64,000 nucleotides of DNA from Treponemataceae bacterium (GTDB taxonomy: Bacteria > Spirochaetota > Spirochaetia > Treponematales > Rectinemataceae). How positions within the stretch are numbered: position 1 is the stretch's first letter; each line of letters starts with the position of its first letter. The stretch covers positions 32,001-96,000 of the forward strand of contig CAXXHO010000004.1 of NCBI GenBank assembly GCA_963667725.2, read 5' to 3'. This document shows, in pieces, positions 31,202-40,357 of this stretch. The notes under the pieces were generated by a model. It saw nothing but the letters and a program-made list of their open reading frames with translations, was not told the origin of the DNA and made no database searches. Made by a program: the position numbers and the translations under genes.

Positions 31202-31963
31202 CTACCGCTTGAAGCTCGAAATCCGGTAGAAAGGCAGTCCCACGTACTCGTGGAGGGCGGCATAGGAAGTCTCCATGGCGGAGACGCTCGGCAGCCAGTC
31301 CGCCCAGGTGCGGGGCGAGCGCCTAGCCCGATAGTCGGTGGGCGCGGCGACGACCTCCATCCCCGCTTTCTGGAACGCGAGCATCGAGCGCGGCATGTGG
31401 AAGGCGCTCGTAACAAGAATGACGCGCTTGCTTTGCACGAGCCCGGCCACGCCCGAGGCGTTCATCTTGGTGTCGAGGCTCGCCGACTCCAGGGCAATGC
31501 CGGATTTCGGGACGCCCAGGCTCAGCCAGAGGCGCTCGGCGGCCTCGGCCTCGCTGCCTTTCGTCGTTACCGCGTAGGAGGCTCCGCCCGAGTAGATGAG
31601 GGGAAGCTTGAAGCGCCGGGAGAGCTCCAGACCGTAGACGGCCCGCTTTTCGGCCGCCGGCGCCAGGGCGGGCTGGCCGCCGTACTCGGGGGAGACATCG
31701 TTGTAGCCCCCGCCCAGGACGATGACCACCTGCGCCCCTTGGGCGTCCACGAGCGGCGGGTACTTGTCCTCCAGCGGCGCGATGAGGAAGCTTGAAACCG
31801 CTGAGGTCGACAGGAAATACAGGATGAGGACATCGAACACGGCGATCAGGAGGGCCGTTTTGCGCCTTTTAAGGATGAGGAGCAGGACCGCCAGCAGGGC
31901 GAGGGAGAGGAAGAGCCCCGGGGGAAAGGCGAGCGCGCCCAAAATCTTGCCGAGCAGGAACAT
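31202..31963 (-). CDS. YdcF/ElyC (DUF218) family membrane protein
   Basis: VIVLGGG, SGG, SEAE, ES.S.DT..NA, LVTSAFHMPRS, HEYVG. Confidence 0.9.
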   Translation of the reverse strand: MFLLGKILGALAFPPGLFLSLALLAVLLLILKRRKTALLIAVFDVLILYFLSTSAVSSFLIAPLEDKYPPLVDAQGAQVVIVLGGGYNDVSPEYGGQPALAPAAEKRAVYGLELSRRFKLPLIYSGGASYAVTTKGSEAEAAERLWLSLGVPKSGIALESASLDTKMNASGVAGLVQSKRVILVTSAFHMPRSMLAFQKAGMEVVAAPTDYRARRSPRTWADWLPSVSAMETSYAALHEYVGLPFYRISSFKR

Positions 31964-32106
31964 GGGTGTAGCATAGAGTACGCTGATGGCTGGAAACAAG
32001 GGCGGCGTCGTGGGGGACGCCGCAAGCGCGCCGGGTGGGGGAGGTCGCGGCGGAATTTTTGCGGGATTTCTTTTACTTTACTGAACATTAGTGTAGAGTA
32101 TCGCTG

Positions 32107-32790
32107 ATGAAATTCGAGGATATCGTCCGAACCTTCGGCGACAAGCCCTGGTTCGACTTCGAGATGGCGCACCTCGTCTCGGGCGAGGCGGCGCCGTGCG
32201 TCCATACGGAACTCTACCGCTGGCGGCAGGCGGGCAAGCTCGTCGAGCTGCGGCGGGGATTCTTCACGCTGGCCGAGCCTTGGCGGCGCCGTTCCCTGGA
32301 CGGGGCGGAGCTGGCGGGGGGGCTGTACGAGCCCTCCTACCTGTCGGGGAGCTGGGCGCTGGCGAGGCTGGGAGCCTTGCCGGCGCCCGCGGGGCACACC
32401 CCTGAAGGCTTGCCCCGCTACACCTCGGCGACGACGCGTCCGGCCGCGGTCTTTGAGAACGCCTTGGGGCGGTACGAGTACGCGGCGCTGCCGAGGGATT
32501 TGATGTTCGGGATGACGCCCAGGGGCAATGGCGGCAGCGGCGGCAGCGGGGCGCCCGCGATAGCGGGCGCCGCCTGCGTTGCCACTCCCGAAAAGGCGCT
32601 GCTGGACTGGTGGCTCATTGAAGGCGGAGACTGGGACGAGGGCCGCATGGAGGCCGCTGCTCTGAATCCAACGCCCATTAACCTTGAGCGGCTGAAGGCG
32701 GCGGCGGACCGCGCGGGCCGTCCCAGGCTCGCGAAAGCGGTGCGGGCCTTCCGCCGCTACGCGGCGCGGAAAGGAGCGGCGCAATGCTGA
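32107..32790 (+). CDS. AbiEi-like type IV antitoxin
   Basis: N-terminal wHTH (LYRW...GKLVELRRG), PSYLS..WAL, ATPEKALLD. Confidence 0.75.
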   Translation: MKFEDIVRTFGDKPWFDFEMAHLVSGEAAPCVHTELYRWRQAGKLVELRRGFFTLAEPWRRRSLDGAELAGGLYEPSYLSGSWALARLGALPAPAGHTPEGLPRYTSATTRPAAVFENALGRYEYAALPRDLMFGMTPRGNGGSGGSGAPAIAGAACVATPEKALLDWWLIEGGDWDEGRMEAAALNPTPINLERLKAAADRAGRPRLAKAVRAFRRYAARKGAAQC

Positions 32791-33242
32791 AAGACGAGAT
32801 GCTCGCGCTGGCGGCCGCGGTTCCCGACTCCGAGGGGAAGCGCGCCGTCTTGCGGGATTGCCTGCAGGCCTCGGTGCTGCGGTCCTTCCACGAGGCCGAG
32901 GCCTTCCTGTCCGTGGCGATCGCAAGCGAGGGCGCGGCGGGCCTCGAGTTCGCCCTTCTGGACAAGAAAGACTACAAGCCCGAGCGCTGGCTCTTCGCGG
33001 CCAAGCGCCGACTCTGGTTCATGGGGCTTGATCCGCGCATAGCCTTCGCGCGCAAGCTCTCGGTCCACCAGGGCTGGGTCAAGGTGCCCGGCCTCCTGGC
33101 GGAGGCGGGGCTGCCCGAGGACGCCGCGGATCCGCTGGGGGTCAGGATTCAGATCGCTTTGGCGCCGCCCGAGCATTGTGGTACCTCAGTGGCCATCGTG
33201 GAACGCTTTGGGCTGCGGTTTGGGATTAAGAGGACAGGATGA
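32784..33242 (+). pseudogene. degenerate/truncated AbiEii-like nucleotidyltransferase toxin
   Basis: Overlaps the antitoxin; LRDCLQASVLRS.HEAEAF resembles the AbiEii N-terminus, but the GGT...SEDLDF motif is absent; ends in repeat A (KRTG*). Confidence 0.55.
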
Positions 33243-33396
33243 CGGGACCGGACAGGATTTACTGGGAGAATGTTTTTGGGTTAGGAGAACGCGCGGCTCT
33301 TCTCGCAGCCTGTCTCGTTTACCTATTTCTTTTCTTCTCTTTCTTTCTTAACCATAAGCTTTTTCCTGTCAGTCCTGATGGTCCTGTTGTCCTGTC
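33233..33396 (+). repeat. repeat A copy
   Basis: GACAGGATGACGGGA...GGGTTAGGA...TCTTAACC...TCCTGTTGTCCTGTC. Confidence 0.95.
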
Positions 33397-34068
33397 GTAG
33401 TATTCACGCCGATAAAGCCTAGGTAGGTGTCGCGGTTGACGCACTCGAAACCGGCGCCGGGATACGCGGCGGTCCAGGAAGCGGGCGGCCGGAGCGTCCG
33501 TTTGGCGAGCTTGAACTCGAAGCCGGCGAGGTTGCCTTCCGACTCCTCGACATAGTCGAGTTCGGCTCCCGTATGCGTGCGCCAGAACCATGCGCCGCCG
33601 TGCCAGCCCCGATAGGCGTTGTGCTTTCTCCGCTCGCCGACGAGGAAGTTCTCCCAGAGAGCGCCCTTGTCCGGCCTTAGCTCCCAGTCCTTGAAATCAT
33701 CGATCAGCGCGTTCCTGATTCCGTTGTCGTAGAAATAAATCTTGTCCTTGCGGGTCACTTCTTTCCTGAGGTTCCTGCCGTAGCCGCCGAGGCGGAAGAC
33801 GACAAAGGCCTTTTCGAGCAGGTCGATATAGGAGATCACCGTGTCGGCGCTCATGGAAGTTTGCCGGCCCAGTTCTTGATAGGAGACTTCAGATCCCACC
33901 TGATAGGCCAGGAGGCGCAGGAGGTCCCGAAGCTTGCGCGGGTTGCGGATGCCGCCCAGCTCGAGGACAGCTTCTCGCCAAGTTCGGGAAAGGCGATCGG
34001 ATAGAGCGTATAGGTTCGGGCGATGGAGAGGCTTGAGCGATCGCTCGACGTTCGGGATCGGTCCTAGT
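33369..34068 (-). pseudogene. AAA_14/DUF4143 gene remnant (decayed duplicate of 38947-40137)
   Basis: 33397-33969 nearly identical to 38996-39568; 5' part reduced to short joined fragments. Confidence 0.9.
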
Positions 34069-34120
34069 AGATGTTATGGCGCGATTTCATCGACTATGAA
34101 AGATGAAATGGTGAGAATTG

Positions 34121-34284
34121 GACAGGATGACAGGAATGGGACAGGATTAACAGGAAAGAGTTTTTGGGTTGGGAAAGAGGACACAGTGCGCTTCTCGGAG
34201 TTTGGCGCGGTTACCTATCGCCGCGCTTCTCTTTCTTGAGCAAAGGCGCTTTCCTGTGAGTCGTGGGGGTCCTGTCGTCCTGTC
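34121..34284 (+). repeat. repeat A copy
   Basis: GACAGGATGACAGGAATGGGACAGG...TCCTGTCGTCCTGTC. Confidence 0.95.
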
Positions 34285-34285
34285 T

Positions 34286-34312
34286 AAAAGTTAAAAAATG
34301 GGGTCTGACCCC
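34286..34312. repeat. repeat B (AAAAGTTAAAAAATGGGGTCTGACCCC)
   Basis: Palindromic core at 34300-34312, abutting repeat A. Confidence 0.85.
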
Positions 34313-34315
34313 CTC

Positions 34316-35656
34316 TTAACGGCGCGCCAGCTTATTATTGACCGTATCCTTGTCGAAGCGATCCGGTGCCCAGCGGATCCTGGGAGCCGGCGAGGCGAAC
34401 AGCGTGGCCGAGGCTTCAGCACGAAGTTCCTTATAACCCTCGATGCCGCCGCAGTCTTCGGGGGGAGTAGCCATGGCGCCGTCCAGGCAGACGCAGCAGG
34501 AGGTCCAGGCTTCCTCGTCTTGGAACTTTTCCCGCGCCTTCACTTTTATGGAATGCACCCAGTCGTCGCCAAAATCGTAGGTGTATTCGAGCGTATGGCC
34601 CACCTTGAGCCTCAGTTCGTCGAGGCTGACGATATCGTCGGCGATGATCACTCGCTCCTCGTCGTCCGAGAGTTCGCCGAATATCGCATGGTCATAGCGA
34701 AACTCATGGAGGTGATAGTCTTCCCAGCCGAAGGCGTCCTGCAGGCAGCGATGGAGGTCGGCGAGGGTCCGGTTGCCGGGAATCCGGAGGGTTCTGAAGA
34801 TGCGCGGCTTGGTTCCTCGCAGGGCGACTTCCAGCACATAGCTGTACTTCGAGGGCATGTACCCCTGGCGGGAGAGGGTGGCATGGTTGGAATCACGGCC
34901 TTTCGCCGGTATTTTCCTGGCGTGCCGCCGAGAGGACATAAGGGCTTCCAGGTCATCGAGGGTGGCTAGGTACGCTTTAAGGCTGGCGTTGCCTTGTTTC
35001 AGCACTTCGGCGAGGCGCGCTTTATCGGAGCGCAGCGGCTCATCGAGCTGGTGGCACAGGTTGAGGAGCTCGTTCATTTTAACGAGGTGCGCGGCAAGCT
35101 GTTTTTCTTCAGCTTCCGATGCATCCTCCAGGCTGTGGCGGACGATGCGCATCCAGAGAAGGAAGCGTTCGAAAATATCCATCAGGGCTTCGCGGAGGTA
35201 GTTTGCCTGCGGGATCTCGATGATGGAGAAATCGATGGTATCGAGGAAAGCCTCCGCCGCGCCGCGCGCGCAGGCTCTTAGCGCTTTGCGCCCGGATTCA
35301 GGAATTCCCGTGAAACAGAGGCCCACGAGCGTTCGATCGATCGCCTTTTCAATGAGGCTTTCCCGAAGGGCCGAGTCCGATGCAAGCTTTTTCTTGGTGA
35401 ATGTGCCGATTGCCGCATAGTGTCCGAGTTCGACGGCGAGGAAGTGTTCGATATCGGCCGCATCCACCGATAGATCGTATTCCTCGGCGAGGTCATGAAA
35501 GGGATCCAGGGAAGGCAATGCGCCCTTGGTGATGTCCTGAAACATTTCCTGCATGAGGGCAAGCTCTTTGTCGGAGAGCCCCTCCAGCATGGCGTTGCAG
35601 GCATTGGTTATGGCCGCAGCATCGAGTGGGTCTTTGCTCTTTTTCATGGTTCCCAT
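34316..35656 (-). CDS. plasmid pRiA4b ORF-3 family protein with long N-terminal extension
   Basis: TLADLH..LQDAFGWEDYHLHEF, YTYDFGDDWVH, PPEDCGGIEGY. Confidence 0.85.
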   Translation of the reverse strand: MGTMKKSKDPLDAAAITNACNAMLEGLSDKELALMQEMFQDITKGALPSLDPFHDLAEEYDLSVDAADIEHFLAVELGHYAAIGTFTKKKLASDSALRESLIEKAIDRTLVGLCFTGIPESGRKALRACARGAAEAFLDTIDFSIIEIPQANYLREALMDIFERFLLWMRIVRHSLEDASEAEEKQLAAHLVKMNELLNLCHQLDEPLRSDKARLAEVLKQGNASLKAYLATLDDLEALMSSRRHARKIPAKGRDSNHATLSRQGYMPSKYSYVLEVALRGTKPRIFRTLRIPGNRTLADLHRCLQDAFGWEDYHLHEFRYDHAIFGELSDDEERVIIADDIVSLDELRLKVGHTLEYTYDFGDDWVHSIKVKAREKFQDEEAWTSCCVCLDGAMATPPEDCGGIEGYKELRAEASATLFASPAPRIRWAPDRFDKDTVNNKLARR

Positions 35657-35712
35657 GGGTGTTTACTTTATGCTGGTTCTTTGGTTTTTGCCAGAAGGTT
35701 TCTTGGGATGTG

Positions 35713-35833
35713 GACAGGATGACGGGACTGGACAGGATTTACGGGAAGGAGTTATGGGTTAGGAGGGAGCGCGGCTCTTCTTTCTTAGCTAAAAGCTTTT
35801 TCCTGTGGGTCCTGGGAGTCATGGGATCCTGTC
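35713..35833 (+). repeat. repeat A copy (short loop)
   Basis: GACAGGATGACGGGACTGGACAGG...GGATCCTGTC. Confidence 0.9.
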
Positions 35834-35835
35834 CT

Positions 35836-35862
35836 AAAAGTTAAAAATTGGGGTCAGACCCC
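35836..35862. repeat. repeat B
   Basis: AAAAGTTAAAAATTGGGGTCAGACCCC; supplies the TGA stop of 35854-37221. Confidence 0.85.
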
Positions 35863-37221
35863 ATTTAGCAACCTTTCGGATTGTTCAACGAGGTAGAGGG
35901 GGAGGGAGAGAAGCTTAAAGGGCTGAGAGGGTTTCCCCGCGATCGAGGTCGTGGACTCAAGGCAAGAAGGCACGTCGTCGTTGAAACGCAACCCCAAGGA
36001 AGCGTTTTTCTCCTGGAGGAACACCTGGAGCGACCTGAGACGGCCTGTCTTGCCCGCCTTGACTTCGACGGGAACAACCCGGCTTCCCTGCTGGATGAGA
36101 TAATCCACTTCGGCCGTGGATCCCTTGTTCCGCCGGTTCCAATAGAAAAGCGAAGGCTCGTGATAGAACCCATTCCGGTATAAAAGATGCTGACCGATGA
36201 ACTGCTCCGCCATGGCGCCGGAATTGACAAGCGTCATATCCCTATCGCGCGGAAAGTCGGCTGCGTTGAGACCCAGAAAAGACGCCAGAAGCCCGATATC
36301 CAGAAAAACAAGTTTGAAGGATGAAGGATGGACCTCGGCTCCAAGGGGAATCCCGTTCCCATCCGAATGGAACACCCTGAACACGAGGCGCGCCTTCTCC
36401 AACAGATCCAGGCTCTCTCGCACCTGGATCGATCGAGCGAGAGGATTGAGGCTCGAGTATTTCGCCGTCTTGCCGATCGTCGCGGGAATATTCTTGAAGA
36501 CTGCCTGCAGCATCGGAACATCGGCTTTTCGCTTATACTTGCTGAAATCGGCATAGTAGGTGAGCAATAGGTTGCTCTGCGCGCGCGACGCGGCTTTCAA
36601 GTCCAGATCCGATTCTATGAAAGCCTTTACCACCCCCGGCAAGCCCCCAACCAGGAAGTACTCCCTCATGCAGGCTCGCGCCTTGGCATGAAGCGCTTCG
36701 GGAAGGCTTTGCGGAATTCGGTATTCGGAAAGGTACTCGCGCAGCTGCTCCTGTCCGCGAGCCAGGAGGAATTCCTCAAAACTCATGGGCCCCAGATACA
36801 TGAATTCGATTCTTCCGACGGGAACGGAATATTCCGGCGCGCCGAGCGAGAAATCCAAGAGGGAGCCCGCGGCGATCACATGGAGTTCCGGCATTTTTTC
36901 GTAGAAATAGCGGAGCTTGGCGAGAACCGCGGGAACCGCTTGAATTTCATCAAGGAAAAGAAGGGTCTTCCCCGGGACTATCTTCTCGGAAGCATCGACT
37001 TCGATAAGCCGCACGATGGTCCGGACATCAGGCTCGTCGAAAAGGCTCGCTTTTTCGGGATCTTCATCGAAATTGATTTCCACGACCGAATCGAATGCCT
37101 GGCGCGCGAAGATCCGCACAAGCTCCGTTTTTCCCACTTGCCGGGCTCCGCGCAGTACGAGAGGTTTTCTGTCGGGCCTTACGCGCCACTGCGCGAGAAA
37201 ATCGAAGGCGAAGCGTATCAT
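35854..37221 (-). CDS. AAA_14 ATPase with DUF4143 and C-terminal PD-(D/E)XK-like motif
   Basis: GARQVGKT, LDEIQ, AAGSLL, PVGR, EVDY..PVEVK. Confidence 0.9.
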   Translation of the reverse strand: MIRFAFDFLAQWRVRPDRKPLVLRGARQVGKTELVRIFARQAFDSVVEINFDEDPEKASLFDEPDVRTIVRLIEVDASEKIVPGKTLLFLDEIQAVPAVLAKLRYFYEKMPELHVIAAGSLLDFSLGAPEYSVPVGRIEFMYLGPMSFEEFLLARGQEQLREYLSEYRIPQSLPEALHAKARACMREYFLVGGLPGVVKAFIESDLDLKAASRAQSNLLLTYYADFSKYKRKADVPMLQAVFKNIPATIGKTAKYSSLNPLARSIQVRESLDLLEKARLVFRVFHSDGNGIPLGAEVHPSSFKLVFLDIGLLASFLGLNAADFPRDRDMTLVNSGAMAEQFIGQHLLYRNGFYHEPSLFYWNRRNKGSTAEVDYLIQQGSRVVPVEVKAGKTGRLRSLQVFLQEKNASLGLRFNDDVPSCLESTTSIAGKPSQPFKLLSLPLYLVEQSERLLNGV

Positions 37222-37228
37222 GAAATTG

Positions 37229-37257
37229 ATTATGCACTATTTACCTAGTATTTTCAA
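37229..37257 (-). promoter_or_regulatory. leaderless-type sigma70 promoter
   Basis: TTGAAA-17-CATAAT-7 nt-ATG(37221); no SD. Confidence 0.6.
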
Positions 37258-37285
37258 CATTTTTTGCTATTATTATAGGATATTT

Positions 37286-37453
37286 GACAGGATGACAGGA
37301 ATGGGACAGGATTAACAGGAAAGAGTTTTTGGGTTAGGAAGGAGAACGCGCGGCTCTTCTCGCAGCCTGTCTCGTTTACCTATTTCTTTTCTTCTCTTTC
37401 TTTCTTAACCAAAAGCTTTTTCCTGTCAGTCCTGATGGTCCTGTCGTCCTGTC
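37286..37453 (+). repeat. repeat A copy
   Basis: Full copy; right arm encodes TGRQDHQD* of the adjacent minus-strand gene. Confidence 0.95.
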
Positions 37454-38748
37454 GCCTTATTGAGCAGGGAGAGCGCGTAGAGGGGGATGTTCGTCAGCCA
37501 GCTTTGTTCGCGGTAGGGCGACAGCGAGGTTCGAAAAGCGCGCGGGGGCGAAAACTTGTCGTAATAGACGCGGAGGCTCTTGGCTTGCAGGTTTTCCGCC
37601 GCTTTTACTTCGAGGGGGTAAACAGAACCTTGGGCCTGAAGCAAAAAATCGACCTCAGCCCGGGAGGTGTCGCTCGACCAGTATGAGGCATCCATTTCTT
37701 CCATGAGACACAATTCCTGCGCGACATATTGCTCGGTCAGCGCGCCCTTGAATTCCTCGAAAAGGGCGTTCCCCCGCAATACCGCCTGCATCGGCAAGCC
37801 CGCATGCGCCGCCAGCAGCCCGATATCAAGCATGTAGAGCTTGAACGCGTTGAGCTCCTGATATGCCTTGAGCGGAAGCCCGGGCTTCGAGACTCTGAAG
37901 ATTTTGCGCGACAAGCCCGCATCGCAAAGCCACTCGATCGCGGATTCATATTCTCTCGCCCTGGCGCCCTCGCGGACGAGTCCGTACACGAATTTTTTCT
38001 GTTCCCGGGCCAATTGGGCCGGCAGGGAATTCCAGACCGCCCGGATCCGAGGGACCGTGTCTGGTTTCGCGTATTTCGAAAAATCCCGTTCATAGGCTTC
38101 AAGCAGCGCTTTCTGGAAGACGCGGACCTTGTCGAGATCCTTGGTTTCCACGAAGGTGACCACGCTCTCCGGCATGCCGCCGACGCAATAGTAATAGCGC
38201 AGGGATTCGGTCAGCTTTTCCCTGAACGCATCGATCATGGACCAGTCGCCTGATGCGACAAGGTCCGCCAGCTCAGGCTCGCCGATGGCTTTCAAGAATT
38301 CCAGGAAGGAGAGCGGATAGAGATTCAAGAAGTCGACTTTGCCGACGGGGAAGGAAGTGTCCGCATGCAGCGAGATCCCCAGGAGCGATCCTGCCGCGAT
38401 AAGGTGGTACTGGGGAGCATTCTCATAAAAATACTTGAGCGAGGTGAGGGCCTTTGGGTTCGCCTGGACTTCGTCGAATACGATGAGCGTCTTTTCAGGC
38501 TCGATGGGCACGCCCGTCTCCACGCGCAAGCCCATGAGGAGGCGCGCAGGGTCCACGTTGGAGGAGAAAAGCGTTGTCATACGCTCATTGGACTCGAAAT
38601 TTATATAGGCGATGTTTTGGTAGATGCTTTTGCCGAATTCTTTGAGCAGCCATGTTTTGCCGACTTGGCGGGCGCCGTTCAGGACGAGAGGTTTTCTGCG
38701 CGGATCACGTTGCCACGCCAGCAGGGCTGAGAGGGCTTTTCTTTCCAT
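37426..38748 (-). CDS. AAA_14/DUF4143 ATPase
   Basis: GARQVGKT, FDEVQ, FPVGKV, GGMPE, EVDF..PLEVK. Confidence 0.9.
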   Translation of the reverse strand: MERKALSALLAWQRDPRRKPLVLNGARQVGKTWLLKEFGKSIYQNIAYINFESNERMTTLFSSNVDPARLLMGLRVETGVPIEPEKTLIVFDEVQANPKALTSLKYFYENAPQYHLIAAGSLLGISLHADTSFPVGKVDFLNLYPLSFLEFLKAIGEPELADLVASGDWSMIDAFREKLTESLRYYYCVGGMPESVVTFVETKDLDKVRVFQKALLEAYERDFSKYAKPDTVPRIRAVWNSLPAQLAREQKKFVYGLVREGARAREYESAIEWLCDAGLSRKIFRVSKPGLPLKAYQELNAFKLYMLDIGLLAAHAGLPMQAVLRGNALFEEFKGALTEQYVAQELCLMEEMDASYWSSDTSRAEVDFLLQAQGSVYPLEVKAAENLQAKSLRVYYDKFSPPRAFRTSLSPYREQSWLTNIPLYALSLLNKATGRQDHQD

Positions 38749-38830
38749 ACTATAAGTGTATTGCGGGTCATCACAAAAGTGTAGCCTCTTTTGTGATTAG
38801 TTGAACAAAAGTCGTACAAGTTTTGTGTTT

Positions 38831-38995
38831 GACAGGATGACAGGAATGGGACAGGATTTACAGGTAGGAGTTTTTGGTTAGGAAGGAGAACGCGGCTCTT
38901 CTCGCAGCCTGTCTCGTTTATTTATTTCTTTTCTTCTCTTTCTTTCTTAACCAAAAGCTTTTTCCTGTGGGTCCTGACGGTCCTGTCGTCCTGTC
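38831..38995 (+). repeat. repeat A copy
   Basis: Full copy. Confidence 0.95.
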
Positions 38996-40137
38996 TTAGT
39001 ATTCACGCCGATAAAGCCTAGGTAGGTGTCGCGGTTGACGCACTCGAAACCGGCGCCGGGATACGCGGCGGTCCAGGAAGCGGGCGGCTGGAGCGTCCGT
39101 TTGGCGAGCTTGAACTCGAAGCCGGCGAGGTTGCCTTCCGACTCCTCGACATAGTCGAGCTCGGCTCCCGTATGCGTGCGCCAGAACCATGCGCCGCCGT
39201 GCCAGCCCCGATAGGCGTTGTGCTTTCTCCGCTCGCCGACGAGGAAGTTCTCCCAGAGAGCGCCCTTGTCCGGCCTTAGCTCCCAGTCCTTGAAGTCGTC
39301 GATCAACGCGTTCCTGATCCCGTTGTCGTAGAAATAGACCTTATCCTTGCGGGTCACTTCTTTCCTGAGGTTCCTGCCGTAGCCGCCGAGCCGGAAGACG
39401 ACAAAAGCCTTTTCAAGCAGGTCGACATAGGAGATCACCGTGTCGGCGCTCATGGAAGTTTGTCTGCCTAATTCCTGATATGAGACTTCCGATCCCACTT
39501 GATAGGCCAGAAGGCGCAGGAGATCCCGAAGCTTCCGCGGGTTGCGGATGCCGCCCAGCTCGAGGACATCCTTGTACAGGTATGCGGAACTCAATTCCAG
39601 AAGGTGCGCGACTTTGTCGGCTTTCGCGCCCATGCTGAAAAGCGCGGGATACAGCCCGAGCACGAGGCATTCGGGCAGACTCCCCTCGAGCTCGAAGGGA
39701 GACAGCTTTTCGCCAAGCTCGGAAAAGGCGATCGGATAGAGCGTATAGGTCCAGGTTCGCCCCGTGAGTGCTTCGGTGGCGGTTCGGGCGATGGAGAGGC
39801 TCGAGGAGCCCGTCACCAGGAGCGAGCCGGGGAAGCCTTCGTCGTAGAGCAGCTTGAGCGCCCGCTCGACGTTCGGGATGTGCTGCGCCTCGTCGACGCA
39901 GACGAGATCGAAGCCGGCGATTTGCCCTTTGATCATGCGAAGATCGCTCGAAGCCCAGAGCTCCTGTACGCGCGGATCCTCGCCGTTGACCATGATGGTT
40001 TTGCCTTCGAAGCTCCGCATCGCAGCCCGGGCAAGGGTTGTCTTGCCGCATTGCCGAGGCCCATAAAGAAGCACTATGCGCCGGTCGGTCCGCAGGCGGT
40101 GCTGGAGTATCCCTAAGAGCGCTCTATCGATGTTCAT
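38947..40137 (-). CDS. AAA_14/DUF4143 ATPase
   Basis: GPRQCGKTT, VDEAQ, TGSSS, LTGR, KVYFYDNGIRN, GALWEN, ELDY..GFEFK. Confidence 0.9.
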   Translation of the reverse strand: MNIDRALLGILQHRLRTDRRIVLLYGPRQCGKTTLARAAMRSFEGKTIMVNGEDPRVQELWASSDLRMIKGQIAGFDLVCVDEAQHIPNVERALKLLYDEGFPGSLLVTGSSSLSIARTATEALTGRTWTYTLYPIAFSELGEKLSPFELEGSLPECLVLGLYPALFSMGAKADKVAHLLELSSAYLYKDVLELGGIRNPRKLRDLLRLLAYQVGSEVSYQELGRQTSMSADTVISYVDLLEKAFVVFRLGGYGRNLRKEVTRKDKVYFYDNGIRNALIDDFKDWELRPDKGALWENFLVGERRKHNAYRGWHGGAWFWRTHTGAELDYVEESEGNLAGFEFKLAKRTLQPPASWTAAYPGAGFECVNRDTYLGFIGVNTKTGRQDRQDPQEKAFG

Positions 40138-40192
40138 AATAGATATTATAACGCGATTTCATCGACTATGGAAGATGAAATTGTGTGAATTG

Positions 40193-40326
40193 GACAGGAT
40201 TTACAGGTAGGAGTTTTGGGTTAGGAAGGAGAGCTCGGCTTTTCTCCTAACCCTTTTTTATATTCTCTTTTCTTCTCTTCTCTTTCTTAACTAAAAGCTT
40301 TTTCCTGCTAGTCCTGGGATCCTGTC
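40193..40326 (+). repeat. repeat A copy (shortened outer arms)
   Basis: GACAGGATTTACAGGTAGG...GGATCCTGTC. Confidence 0.9.
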
Positions 40327-40341
40327 GTAAACTTCAAAATT

Positions 40342-40354
40342 AGGGTCAGACCCC
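40342..40354. repeat. repeat B core
   Basis: AGGGTCAGACCCC after AAACTTCAAAATT. Confidence 0.75.
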
Positions 40355-40357
40355 GCT

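Noticed and set aside
33233..33396. Repeat A as a simple rho-independent terminator
   Set aside because: Too long and complex, overlaps coding ends, and also occurs between divergent genes (43191, 57118); an incidental terminator effect is not excluded
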